From IMG/VR virus record IMGVR_UViG_3300010939_000019, positions 1-64,000 of that record: DNA of 64,000 bases; one strand, written 5' to 3'. This DNA comes from a virus. The position numbers were made by a program, and so were the translations under genes. Every line of letters starts with the position of its first letter. Position 1 is the first letter of the stretch. Under the pieces are notes generated by a model. It did no database searches, had not been told where the DNA came from, and saw nothing but the letters and a program-made list of their open reading frames with translations. Of the stretch, positions 9,476-18,073 are shown piece after piece.

Positions 9476-11779
9476 ATGTCTAACATAGTTGTTTGTCTGA
9501 CTGCTAAAGCTGATAGAACTGATAAGATTACTAAAGTCTTACAGGACTTAACTAACAGAGTTTCCAGGCTCCGTTTCTCATCAAGTCTTCCTGGTGGGTT
9601 TATGGCACTAACTATGTCCCTGAGTCTTTCTCGTGTCAGATCTTTAGAATGGTATGAGAGATTCTTATTCTTTGGAATAGAAGTCTTTGAAGCTGATTTA
9701 CCTGTTTGGGAAGGTCGAGTAGTTGTAATAAGACTTACTGATCAAGGTGTTGATGTAGATTGTGAAGGGTACTGGAGTAACTTAGCAGACCAGAAACTCT
9801 ACTCATGGTGGGCAGATAACGATATGAATAAGTGGAAGGTGCCTGCTGAGGGAGCTGGCGCGATTTCCGATGAAATCTCACTTACTGGAGCAGGCTCAGC
9901 TAAATATATGGTTACGCAGGGATTAGTACAGTTTACTATAGGTCTTGTTAAAGATACATTCTATGATAATAGTCCTGTAGATAGAAGTGTACTTTATTAT
10001 AGACTTCCTCGTGTTAGTAATTTATCTGATGATAGATTGTTTCAACCAATGACTATTCATTCTATACAATACACTTGGGATTTTATAGGAGTAACAGGTC
10101 ATGCAATTAGAGTATGGACAGCAGATCACTCTAGAGGAACATGGAATCAGCGAGACACGGCTATATTTCCGGTAGGTGTTCGTACTGTTAATCTTGACGC
10201 TGATGGAACCTCTATAGAAGCTGTAGCTGTTGGACTTGAAGCTACTACTGTTGGCGGATTTACTTATACAGGGGAAACTAATGCTGAAAGAGCTATCTTT
10301 AAAAATATCACTATTTATACAGAACGCGATGCTACAACAACAAGAAAGACTAAACAAAAGAAGATTATTACTGATCTAATAAAAGGGAACAGTAATATTA
10401 ATGTCGATACTCATGCTAAACAGATTAGTGATAACCTCTCTTTTGTAGAAGATTCTGAATTAGAAATAATACCTGCTGTCTTTGAAGGTGAAACAATACA
10501 AGATATTATTGCTAAACTGACTAGTTTTGGTATAGCAGAACTGTATAATCTTGTAGAGAATCCTGGGTGTGAGAAAGCTGCTAGTACAGATGGTTTTCTG
10601 CCTATAAGTGCTGCAACTATATCTCAGGATAATACTAAATCTACTCGCGGTAGTAATTCACTTAAGGTAGTAACAACAGCTATAGCTAATGTAGGAGTTG
10701 ATACAGAAAAAGCTGATGGAGTAGGTGGACATCTAGAAAATGTAATTCCAGATAGAGCTTATACCTATGCATTTGATTTTGAGGCAAGTGCTGTTAAAAA
10801 TATGATTATGGCTATAAGGTGGCTTGATTCGGCAGACGTATTTATTTCTGATAGTATATTCCAGTTTGTAGGAGTAACAGCGTTTGCGAGGTTCTCTGTA
10901 GAAGTAGTCTCACCCACTAATGCAGATAAAATGTTTACACGGGTTCACACTGATGGAGATCAAGGCGTATTTAATTTCTGGTTAGATAGAATACAGATGA
11001 CACCAACTCCTCTCTTCGGCAAGGTTGTCTATCTAGACGGCTCTAGTCCTGGTGCTACTTGGGCAGGTCTTGCTGAAGAAACTGCTACGTTTAGACTACA
11101 TCCAGCTATTGCTGGTATGTTCAGTCGAAGAACGCTGCATGTTAAGAAACGGGATGAGCAAAATGTCAGATGGCGTGTTTCAAGACAGAATATAGGTGGT
11201 GTTGAGCTAGAACGTTCAGTGCAAAACTATTTTACTAGAGTGTGGACTAGATTTCAAGATCAATTTTCAGGATTAACTGCTTTCTCTGATGTTAGAGAGA
11301 ATATTGCAGAGCAAGAGATTATCTTCAGTGAAAGAGATACAACTATAGATGCAGATGAAGTATTATCTGAAACTGCGGATAAGATTAGAAATGCCTTTGC
11401 TGAAGATTCTCGTATACCCACACAGGTATCTGAGATAACTCTAACAGGATCAATAGCTAATGCAGCAGGTGTTAATGAACCATTATGGCATATTAAAGCT
11501 GGAGATATAATTTTCTTCCATGATTTAGTACCTCTACCTCAAGTACGTCCTGACTTGATTAGATCTTTAGATACCCTCAGAATATTTGTTATTAAGGAAG
11601 TAGAATATGATGCCTTTAGTAATCAGGTAAAACTAACATTGGACTTTCCGCCATCAAAACTTGATCTTCTGATGGCGTCATTACTTACAAGATCATCAAT
11701 AGGTACTGGTGGAGATGTCGCGGGAACTGGAGTACCAATTGGGAGCTTTCCTAGTGGGCCATTAGGAATCGGCTTTTAA
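9476..11779 (+). CDS. tail-tip/receptor-binding protein with carbohydrate-binding-module-like domain
   Basis: 767 aa, the second large ORF after the tape measure. NPGCEKAASTDGF...STRGSNSLKV resembles the start of a CBM_4_9-type module. Confidence 0.5.
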   Translation: MSNIVVCLTAKADRTDKITKVLQDLTNRVSRLRFSSSLPGGFMALTMSLSLSRVRSLEWYERFLFFGIEVFEADLPVWEGRVVVIRLTDQGVDVDCEGYWSNLADQKLYSWWADNDMNKWKVPAEGAGAISDEISLTGAGSAKYMVTQGLVQFTIGLVKDTFYDNSPVDRSVLYYRLPRVSNLSDDRLFQPMTIHSIQYTWDFIGVTGHAIRVWTADHSRGTWNQRDTAIFPVGVRTVNLDADGTSIEAVAVGLEATTVGGFTYTGETNAERAIFKNITIYTERDATTTRKTKQKKIITDLIKGNSNINVDTHAKQISDNLSFVEDSELEIIPAVFEGETIQDIIAKLTSFGIAELYNLVENPGCEKAASTDGFLPISAATISQDNTKSTRGSNSLKVVTTAIANVGVDTEKADGVGGHLENVIPDRAYTYAFDFEASAVKNMIMAIRWLDSADVFISDSIFQFVGVTAFARFSVEVVSPTNADKMFTRVHTDGDQGVFNFWLDRIQMTPTPLFGKVVYLDGSSPGATWAGLAEETATFRLHPAIAGMFSRRTLHVKKRDEQNVRWRVSRQNIGGVELERSVQNYFTRVWTRFQDQFSGLTAFSDVRENIAEQEIIFSERDTTIDADEVLSETADKIRNAFAEDSRIPTQVSEITLTGSIANAAGVNEPLWHIKAGDIIFFHDLVPLPQVRPDLIRSLDTLRIFVIKEVEYDAFSNQVKLTLDFPPSKLDLLMASLLTRSSIGTGGDVAGTGVPIGSFPSGPLGIGF

Positions 11780-11864
11780 GATGGAGTCCAAAATAGTAAT
11801 AGCAATTTTAAAATTAGTTAGAGCTGTTATAGCTGACCAATGTAACAAACAGTCTAGATAAGAA

Positions 11865-12203
11865 CTAACGTCCTTCGATAGTATGTTCTATGCTAGACTT
11901 AGCAATCAGTCCAGAGCGAGGAATCTTAATACCTTGATCCTTACAATCTGCAAAGAACTCTTCAGTGAGCGCATAAGTAGCTTTTGCATATTCTCTGATA
12001 CCTTGAGCCTTAGCTTTGAGTGACCATGACATTCGGTAATGAGGCAGTGCTCTACGAAACCAAGTTTCTATGTCAGAGAGCATATCGAGTGCAGCTTCTT
12101 CAGGATAATGACTGGCTCTCATAATGTTAATAGCAAATCGCTTATCGCCTCTTTCAGCTTCTATCATATCTTCTCCCTGCCTTATATCTAAGATGCTTGA
12201 CAA
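11865..12203 (-). CDS. hypothetical protein (divergent from the early + operon)
   Basis: 112-aa ORF, one of the few minus-strand genes. It has its own consensus-like promoter at 12216-12244 (minus). Confidence 0.5.
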   Translation of the reverse strand: MSSILDIRQGEDMIEAERGDKRFAINIMRASHYPEEAALDMLSDIETWFRRALPHYRMSWSLKAKAQGIREYAKATYALTEEFFADCKDQGIKIPRSGLIAKSSIEHTIEGR

Positions 12204-12225
12204 GCCTTTAGATATATGCTATCAT
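12197..12225 (+). promoter_or_regulatory. sigma-A/sigma-70-like promoter with TRTG -16 element
   Basis: TTGACA-17 nt-TATCAT, with TATGc immediately 5' of the -10. Member of the conserved promoter family. Confidence 0.55.
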
Positions 12226-12244
12226 ACTTCTGCACGTTTGTAAA
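12216..12244 (-). promoter_or_regulatory. minus-strand promoter overlapping the + promoter
   Basis: The minus strand reads TTTACA-aacgtGCAGAAGTATGa-TAGCAT. Its -10 (12216-12221) overlaps the + strand -10 (12220-12225). Confidence 0.4.
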
Positions 12245-12264
12245 CACCGCACTCTTGCTTTATT

Positions 12265-12453
12265 ATGTTAAGTGTTCCCTTCAAAAGAAAGTTTATCAGA
12301 TTAGGTCATGATCGGCACAGTGTATACTTCAATATACCTAAGCCTTTACTAGACTATCTAAGCAATGAGGGCTTTGACTTTTCTGACTTCGCAGAGATCG
12401 AAGTCAATGATAAACAAGAACTAATCCTGCGCCTGAATCGCGCTAAGAACTAG
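12265..12453 (+). CDS. AbrB/SpoVT-like small DNA-binding protein candidate
   Basis: 62 aa. KRKFIRLGHDRHSVYFNIPKPLLDYL resembles the swapped-hairpin AbrB/MazE motif. First gene after the promoter. Confidence 0.45.
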   Translation: MLSVPFKRKFIRLGHDRHSVYFNIPKPLLDYLSNEGFDFSDFAEIEVNDKQELILRLNRAKN

Positions 12454-12468
12454 GGGAGCTTTTACCCG

Positions 12469-13461
12469 TTGAAATTTGAGCCTCTTACTTCTAGTCAGTT
12501 TATGTCTTTAACATTTCCTGATAATGATATAATCTCATCAGGTATCCTAACAAGACAGAGCCGACTCTGTGTAGGAGGACATCCAGGGATAGGAAAATCT
12601 GTTATTGTAACACAGATGGGACAAGAGCTATCAATGGGTATCAAGATACTAGATAAGTTTAGCTGTAAAAAACCTCAGCGAGTCTTATATATTCAGGAAG
12701 AAATAGGCCCACGTAGTTATCAGATAAGACTTGAAAAGGTTATATCCTTCTACCAGAAGTCTGATACATTCTGGCATTTAAGTTCGACAAGCTTTACCTT
12801 TGAAGATAAGGTACTAATTGTCAAGCTTAAGTCTTTTGTTCTACAGAATAAGATAGATATTATTATCTTTGATCCTCTGTATAAGATTCATACTAGACGA
12901 GAGAATGATCCATCTGATATGGCTCAACTATTTCAGGCAATGGACAGACTTATTAACGAATGCGGTGTTGCTGTAATTATAGTTCATCATCTTCGTAAGC
13001 CTTTTATGACATATAAGGGCGAAGTTATATCTATGGGTTCAATGGATTTCAGAGGTGCAATTATAGCATCTTGGGCTGATACTCTGGCTCTCATTGAAGA
13101 GACTGATACTAAAGATAAGCTGAAGCTAACATGGGCTAAGACTCGTAATGCACCAGAAGAGCTTCATCCTCTCTATCTTCATTTTGATAGAAACTATCTC
13201 AGAATGAGTCCTATTGGTGACGGAAGCCAACCAGTTAATCTTCGTGAAGATATTATAAATATTCTTCAAAGAAACGGAGGTATCTCAGAAGGTAATATTA
13301 TCAGCCAGTTAAAAGTTATGCATGGTAAAAAGGCTGACTCCAGGAATGTCAAAACAGAGCTAAGTAGTCTTAGAAAAGATGGCTCTGTTGCAATATCTGG
13401 TGGTTTGATTACTGCTGTAGTAGCTACTGTTTATAATGCTTGGGATTTAGATGGAATGTAG
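12469..13461 (+). CDS. RecA-fold AAA_25/RepA-like ATPase with C-terminal winged-helix
   Basis: Walker A GHPGIGKS, Walker B IIIFDPLYK, and VIIVHHLRK typical of RepA/DnaB-like ATPases. TTG start. Confidence 0.65.
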   Translation: MKFEPLTSSQFMSLTFPDNDIISSGILTRQSRLCVGGHPGIGKSVIVTQMGQELSMGIKILDKFSCKKPQRVLYIQEEIGPRSYQIRLEKVISFYQKSDTFWHLSSTSFTFEDKVLIVKLKSFVLQNKIDIIIFDPLYKIHTRRENDPSDMAQLFQAMDRLINECGVAVIIVHHLRKPFMTYKGEVISMGSMDFRGAIIASWADTLALIEETDTKDKLKLTWAKTRNAPEELHPLYLHFDRNYLRMSPIGDGSQPVNLREDIINILQRNGGISEGNIISQLKVMHGKKADSRNVKTELSSLRKDGSVAISGGLITAVVATVYNAWDLDGM

Positions 13462-13669
13462 TATGAAGAGAAATCCTTTTCTTGATCTTATAGAGTATAA
13501 CTTCGATCAGATAACTGAAGCTATAGAGAGTCTAACTCTTTCTATATTAGAAGCTGATATAGTATTTAGTAACTTTGAAAGGATAACATACAAGATGCGA
13601 ATGGTAGAGCTGATTACTCTATCGGATCTTTTATCTAAACGTAGTAGTAGGATGATGAGAAAATTCTAA
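13451..13669 (+). CDS. hypothetical protein
   Basis: 72-aa ORF that overlaps the upstream stop by 11 nt. No motif. Confidence 0.4.
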   Translation: MECSMKRNPFLDLIEYNFDQITEAIESLTLSILEADIVFSNFERITYKMRMVELITLSDLLSKRSSRMMRKF

Positions 13670-13680
13670 GTGGAAGATGG

Positions 13681-14262
13681 ATGTTGATACTATGTCTCAT
13701 TATAGGACTATCAATAGGATTAATATTAGGACAAGTAGAAAATGATACTAGACAGATTAGTAGCGCGACTCAAGAAGTTACTCAGACGAGATGGACTGAC
13801 TCTTATAGAGATACATTCACATCAAGAATTACAGATGTGGCTCAAAAGACAGAGGTTGCCCTAGATGCTCAATTAGTTGCGTTTATATCTATGGAGATTT
13901 CGACATCCGAAGTGGAGAACATGGTGCTACGAACACCACCGAATCCATCCTTGTCCATATCACCAACAGATGATTTTAAACTCATGCTCGATAACGTCTT
14001 CGGGATATCAAGCTTTAAAGCTTACAAGGTTGCAGATTGCGAACAAGGTTATAAACTTTCTGCAGGAGTAGACCTATATGTACTTAACCAAACAACAGTG
14101 GGAGCAGCTGGAGAAGTCAGCCTTTGGCAAATTCATCCTATTCACTTTAATAAGTATGACATGGGCAGACTGCAAGCAGATGTTGAATATGCAGCACAAG
14201 CAGCGTGGGAGCTATCTGGATATGGGACAAACTGGACTAGTCCTTGGCGAATCTGTGGTTGA
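13681..14262 (+). CDS. membrane-anchored lysozyme-like/transglycosylase-like protein candidate
   Basis: N-terminal TM helix. GEVSLWQIHPIHF resembles the E-x-GLfQIn catalytic region of lysozyme-like folds. Confidence 0.35.
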   Translation: MLILCLIIGLSIGLILGQVENDTRQISSATQEVTQTRWTDSYRDTFTSRITDVAQKTEVALDAQLVAFISMEISTSEVENMVLRTPPNPSLSISPTDDFKLMLDNVFGISSFKAYKVADCEQGYKLSAGVDLYVLNQTTVGAAGEVSLWQIHPIHFNKYDMGRLQADVEYAAQAAWELSGYGTNWTSPWRICG

Positions 14263-14267
14263 CAGTG

Positions 14268-14408
14268 ATGAAGTGTCGTAACGCTACCTGTAAAAGTTAT
14301 TCAGGAAAGTCTATATATTTCGGTTTATGTTACGCTTGTTGTACCATGCTTTTATACCAGATGAAATATAGACCAGAAAACGAAGCTAAAAGTGTTAGTC
14401 AATGTTAG
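14268..14408 (+). CDS. small Cys-rich (zinc-ribbon-like) protein
   Basis: 46-aa ORF below the track cutoff, MKCRNATC...CYACC. It ends in the TGTTAGCA motif. Confidence 0.3.
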   Translation: MKCRNATCKSYSGKSIYFGLCYACCTMLLYQMKYRPENEAKSVSQC

Positions 14409-14537
14409 CATCGGGGCTAGTCACGAAATTATGACAACTTTCTCTTGGGATACCTTACCCACACACCCACCTATGAAACCCTTGTCTAACACATGCTAAC
14501 AAAGCGATTTTGGTCTGATTTCAATGAGTGAACCGAC

Positions 14538-14993
14538 ATGACTGAGAATTACGGATATCGGGACTTGTTAATAGAGTCTTTAGGTAATAGCTGTAAGAAA
14601 TGTCAATCTGACTCAGATTTAGATATAGATCATATTAAACCTCGCTCTCAAGGCGGAGAGCATAGACTCTTCAACATACAGATATTATGCAGTGAGTGTC
14701 GTAAAGGTAGTAAAACAGGAAAGTCTGTAGAATCGAACCGAAAAAACAGTGATACTCTATTGCATATCTCTAATAATCTTCGTGCTCGCAGAGTAGGATT
14801 AAAACATCGACAAGAAGATGTAGCAAATGCTATAGGAATGCCTAGAGGTACATATGCAGGATTTGAAGTTGGACTCTTTCTACCTAGACTAAGAGTTCTG
14901 GATTCATTTACAGATTTCTTTAAGTGTGAGCCATCAGATCTGTATGAGGATAAAATTCTCAGTGTTATAAGTCTAGAGTCTAATAACTCATGA
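14538..14993 (+). CDS. HNH endonuclease fused to XRE-type HTH
   Basis: CKKCQS...DIDHIKPRSQGGEHRLFNIQILCSEC (HNH), followed by LRARRVGLKHRQEDVANAIGMPRGTYAGFE (HTH). Confidence 0.75.
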   Translation: MTENYGYRDLLIESLGNSCKKCQSDSDLDIDHIKPRSQGGEHRLFNIQILCSECRKGSKTGKSVESNRKNSDTLLHISNNLRARRVGLKHRQEDVANAIGMPRGTYAGFEVGLFLPRLRVLDSFTDFFKCEPSDLYEDKILSVISLESNNS

Positions 14994-15063
14994 ATGCGAA
15001 TAACCTTACATGGATAGTTCTGGCTATAACATGGGTAGTGATAATACTTAACTGGTTAGGAAT

Positions 15064-15195
15064 ATGTCCATGTCTATAAATAAGAAGTGTCGTCACTGTC
15101 TACAATCTATTGAGCCCATCTTAGTTGAGATGCATACACCACCAAGAATAGTTACTATCAGAGATTACTGTCCGCAGTGTAAAAGAAGAGGATAA
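15064..15195 (+). CDS. small zinc-ribbon protein
   Basis: 43-aa ORF with CRHC...CPQC. Confidence 0.3.
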   Translation: MSMSINKKCRHCLQSIEPILVEMHTPPRIVTIRDYCPQCKRRG

Positions 15196-15300
15196 TAATG
15201 GACTTCATTTACTTACACTGATCCAGTTATGATTAAATATCTTATATGGATAAACTGGGAGATACTGCGAAAAGAGATGACGGGATAAGGGGAGAAGGTA

Positions 15301-17376
15301 ATGGCAGACGTAACAGAAGTTAAGCAGACAGAAGTCTCTAAAGAACTATTCAAGCGTAGATACAAATGGCAAGATGAAACATACTCAGGTATGCTTACTC
15401 GTGTAGCTGAGTATATAACTCTTGCTGAAAAGCCAGATAAGCGTAGCAAGTTTTCATCTGGTATATATGACTTGATGGCTTCTGGTGACTTCATGTTTAA
15501 TAGTCCTACTCTCTTTAATGCTGGAACAGGTCAGGGTCTACTGAGTGCATGTTTCGTACTAATTGTGGAAGACAGCCTAACATCTATCCTAGAATGCAAC
15601 AGGCTAGCAGGACTTATAATGAAGTTTGGCGGCGGTGTAGGATATGGTCTAAGTAAAGTCAGAGCTGAAGGTGAACCGATTAAGTCTGTACAGGGTAAAG
15701 CGTGTGGCCCTGTCGCTTTACTCCCATATTATAATGAAGTTGCGAAGTTAGTTACTCAGGGCGGAAGACGCTCTGGTGCTCAGATGGGTATACTCTCTAT
15801 AGACCATCCTAATATCGGAGAGTTTATTCATTTTAAGGATGAGCATCCTGATGAACTACATACCTTTAATATCTCAGTAGCTATTACTGATGAGTTTATG
15901 AAACGATATAAGGCTGGCGATCCTGAAGCTATAGCTAGAATGAGAGAGATAGCTGAGTCTTCTCATAAAACAGGTGATCCTGGTATCTTCTATATAGATA
16001 ATGTTAATAAAGATAATCCTACACCTTGGCTTGGTCAACTTGAGGCTGTAAATCCATGCGGTGAAGTTCCACTGTATCATGGAGAAGCCTGTAATCTTGG
16101 CAGTTTTAATCTTGCTCATTATATTCATATGGGTAACGGTAGCAATGGTAATGGTTTAACTGCTTCAGTTATGCGGGATCAGTTGAAAACTGATATTAGA
16201 CTCGCAGTTAGAGCATTAGATAATGTAATAGATATTAATGATTTTCCAGATCCTGTTATTACTGAAGCTGTAGAGCTTACACGCAAGATAGGTCTTGGTG
16301 TAATGGGCTATGCAGATGCTATATCTCTTATGGGTATGGATTATGATACAGAGCTTGCTGTTAAATGGGGCAGGAACATAATGGCTTTTATCCAGGGAGA
16401 AGCTGATAAAGCTAGTTATGACTTAGCAATAGAAAAAGGGGTTTGTCCAGCCTTTAAAAACTCACCAGATAAGAATATACCTATGGCTAGGAATACTACT
16501 CGTACCTGTATCGCACCTACCGGCTCTATATCTCAGTTAGTAGGATGTTCATCTGGTATTGAACCTCTCTATGAGCTGGAATACGATAGAACTATGTATG
16601 ATAAAGGTATTCCTATAACACTGCATATCCGAGAGCCTGTTCTGGATCTTCTGAAAGAGTATGGTCTAAAGCTACCTAAAACGGCACATGAGATTGCTCC
16701 CGAATGGCACATCGCACATCAAGCTGCTTTTCAATCTAGCGTCAATCTAGCCGTGAGCAAGACTATTAACATGCCGGAAACAGCTACAGTCGATGAAGTC
16801 GAGAAAAGTTTTGTGCGTATGTGGGAATTAGGCTGTAAAGGTGGTACAATCTATCGAGATAAGAGCCGTGAAACGCAGGTTCTCAGTAAGAAAAGTCAGG
16901 TTATAAAGAGTCAAGTGGCTAATAGGCGATTACGTTTACCAGATGAGAGAAAATCAATTACTCATAAGTTCAGAGTAGGTGAACAAGAAGGATATCTTAC
17001 AGCTGGAATGTATAATGATGGAAGTCTCGGTGAAGTATTTATTAAGATAGCAAAAGAAGGCTCTACATTACAGGGGCTATCTGATGCGTTAGGTATTTCA
17101 ACATCATTACTTCTACAGAATCAGGTTCCTATTGGTGATATAGCTCCTAAATATATAGGAAGTCGATTTGAACCAGCTGGAATGACTGGAAATAAAGATA
17201 TACCAGTTGCTACGTCTCTTATTGATTATATCTTCAGATGGCTAAATCTGAAGTTTGGGAATGGCGATAAAGTACAAGTAGTAACAGGCCTGTTCTGTCC
17301 AGACTGCAGTGATCCACTTATTTATCAAGAAGGTTGTATAAGATGCAGAGCCTGTAGTTATGAAAAATGCGGATAG
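15301..17376 (+). CDS. nrdJ: adenosylcobalamin-dependent (class II) ribonucleotide reductase
   Basis: AVNPCGEVPLYHGEACNLGSFNL active-site signature, 691 aa, C-terminal CPDC...CIRCRAC zinc ribbon typical of NrdJ. RBS GGAGAAGG. Confidence 0.9.
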   Translation: MADVTEVKQTEVSKELFKRRYKWQDETYSGMLTRVAEYITLAEKPDKRSKFSSGIYDLMASGDFMFNSPTLFNAGTGQGLLSACFVLIVEDSLTSILECNRLAGLIMKFGGGVGYGLSKVRAEGEPIKSVQGKACGPVALLPYYNEVAKLVTQGGRRSGAQMGILSIDHPNIGEFIHFKDEHPDELHTFNISVAITDEFMKRYKAGDPEAIARMREIAESSHKTGDPGIFYIDNVNKDNPTPWLGQLEAVNPCGEVPLYHGEACNLGSFNLAHYIHMGNGSNGNGLTASVMRDQLKTDIRLAVRALDNVIDINDFPDPVITEAVELTRKIGLGVMGYADAISLMGMDYDTELAVKWGRNIMAFIQGEADKASYDLAIEKGVCPAFKNSPDKNIPMARNTTRTCIAPTGSISQLVGCSSGIEPLYELEYDRTMYDKGIPITLHIREPVLDLLKEYGLKLPKTAHEIAPEWHIAHQAAFQSSVNLAVSKTINMPETATVDEVEKSFVRMWELGCKGGTIYRDKSRETQVLSKKSQVIKSQVANRRLRLPDERKSITHKFRVGEQEGYLTAGMYNDGSLGEVFIKIAKEGSTLQGLSDALGISTSLLLQNQVPIGDIAPKYIGSRFEPAGMTGNKDIPVATSLIDYIFRWLNLKFGNGDKVQVVTGLFCPDCSDPLIYQEGCIRCRACSYEKCG

Positions 17377-17533
17377 CGATGACGAAAGAGATAAGACTCT
17401 TACACTTCTAAAAGTCTATCTTCTGAATATGCAGAAACAGATACTTACATTTAGTGACAAGATGACTACTGAGATTAATGGATTGGTATTTGAAATAGAT
17501 AAGGTATTAGTAAAAGAGAAGAAAAATGAATGA
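17360..17533 (+). CDS. hypothetical small protein
   Basis: 57-aa ORF overlapping the nrdJ stop and coupled to the next gene (ATGAATGA). Confidence 0.3.
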   Translation: MKNADSDDERDKTLTLLKVYLLNMQKQILTFSDKMTTEINGLVFEIDKVLVKEKKNE

Positions 17534-17774
17534 CGAAGATAAATTAGGACTCTTCACATCCAGAGGCCGTTTGCTTATACAAGTTATAAAGAGCCCTGGG
17601 ATTACGACTAGAGAATTAGCGAAAGATCTGTTTCTTACTAGAAGATCAGTATGGGGAAGTATAGGCGAACTCCGACATATGGGATATTTATTAGTTAAGA
17701 GAGAAGGCAGAAAACATCATTACTCTATTAGTCAGTTTGGTCTATCTGAGTTAAGGAAACTTCTGGAGGAATAG
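17526..17774 (+). CDS. winged-helix (MarR/ArsR-like) DNA-binding protein
   Basis: GITTRELAKDLFLTRRSVWGSIGELRHMGYLLVKREGRKHHYSIS. Confidence 0.6.
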   Translation: MNDEDKLGLFTSRGRLLIQVIKSPGITTRELAKDLFLTRRSVWGSIGELRHMGYLLVKREGRKHHYSISQFGLSELRKLLEE

Positions 17775-17786
17775 TTTAATAACTTC

Positions 17787-17870
17787 ATACGGGGCAGATT
17801 TCTGCAGAGATACTCGTCGTCGCCCTCCCGCGATTAATGGGCTAGCTGTAATAGAAGAATCTGCCCCGTA
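17787..17870 (+). other. long-range hairpin enclosing a G+C-rich 56-nt insert
   Basis: ATACGGGGCAGATT (17787-17800) is perfectly complementary to AATCTGCCCCGTAT (17857-17870). No U-tract follows. Confidence 0.5.
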
Positions 17871-17899
17871 TAGAGCTATTAAATAAGAAAGGAGATGAT

Positions 17900-18073
17900 A
17901 TGGTTAAAACTCTAGAACGCTTATTAGGTGTTAGATGTAAAGGCTGTGGAAAACGTAAGCCTCTTAGTCAGTTTATAGGTTGTGCTAAGTGTGGTGAGCC
18001 CTATTGCACAGTTTGTACAATGGGTGGGCCAAATTCGAGAATCTGTACTCCCTGTGAAAACGAGATCAAGTAA
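17900..18073 (+). CDS. small zinc-ribbon protein
   Basis: 57 aa, CKGC...CAKC...CTVC...CTPC. RBS AAAGGAG. Its stop overlaps the endolysin ATG. Confidence 0.4.
   Translation: MVKTLERLLGVRCKGCGKRKPLSQFIGCAKCGEPYCTVCTMGGPNSRICTPCENEIK

Noticed and set aside
15196-15300. Possible cobalamin riboswitch upstream of nrdJ
   Set aside because: The gap is only about 105 nt and lacks a recognisable B12-box. B12 riboswitches normally control B12-independent isozymes or transporters, not NrdJ.
15213-15494. Minus-strand ORF overlapping the nrdJ start, and similar antisense ORFs (15874-16128, 7450-7791, 10022-10357, 36269-36757, 56018-56494)
   Set aside because: All are antisense to strongly supported genes and lack RBS or motifs.
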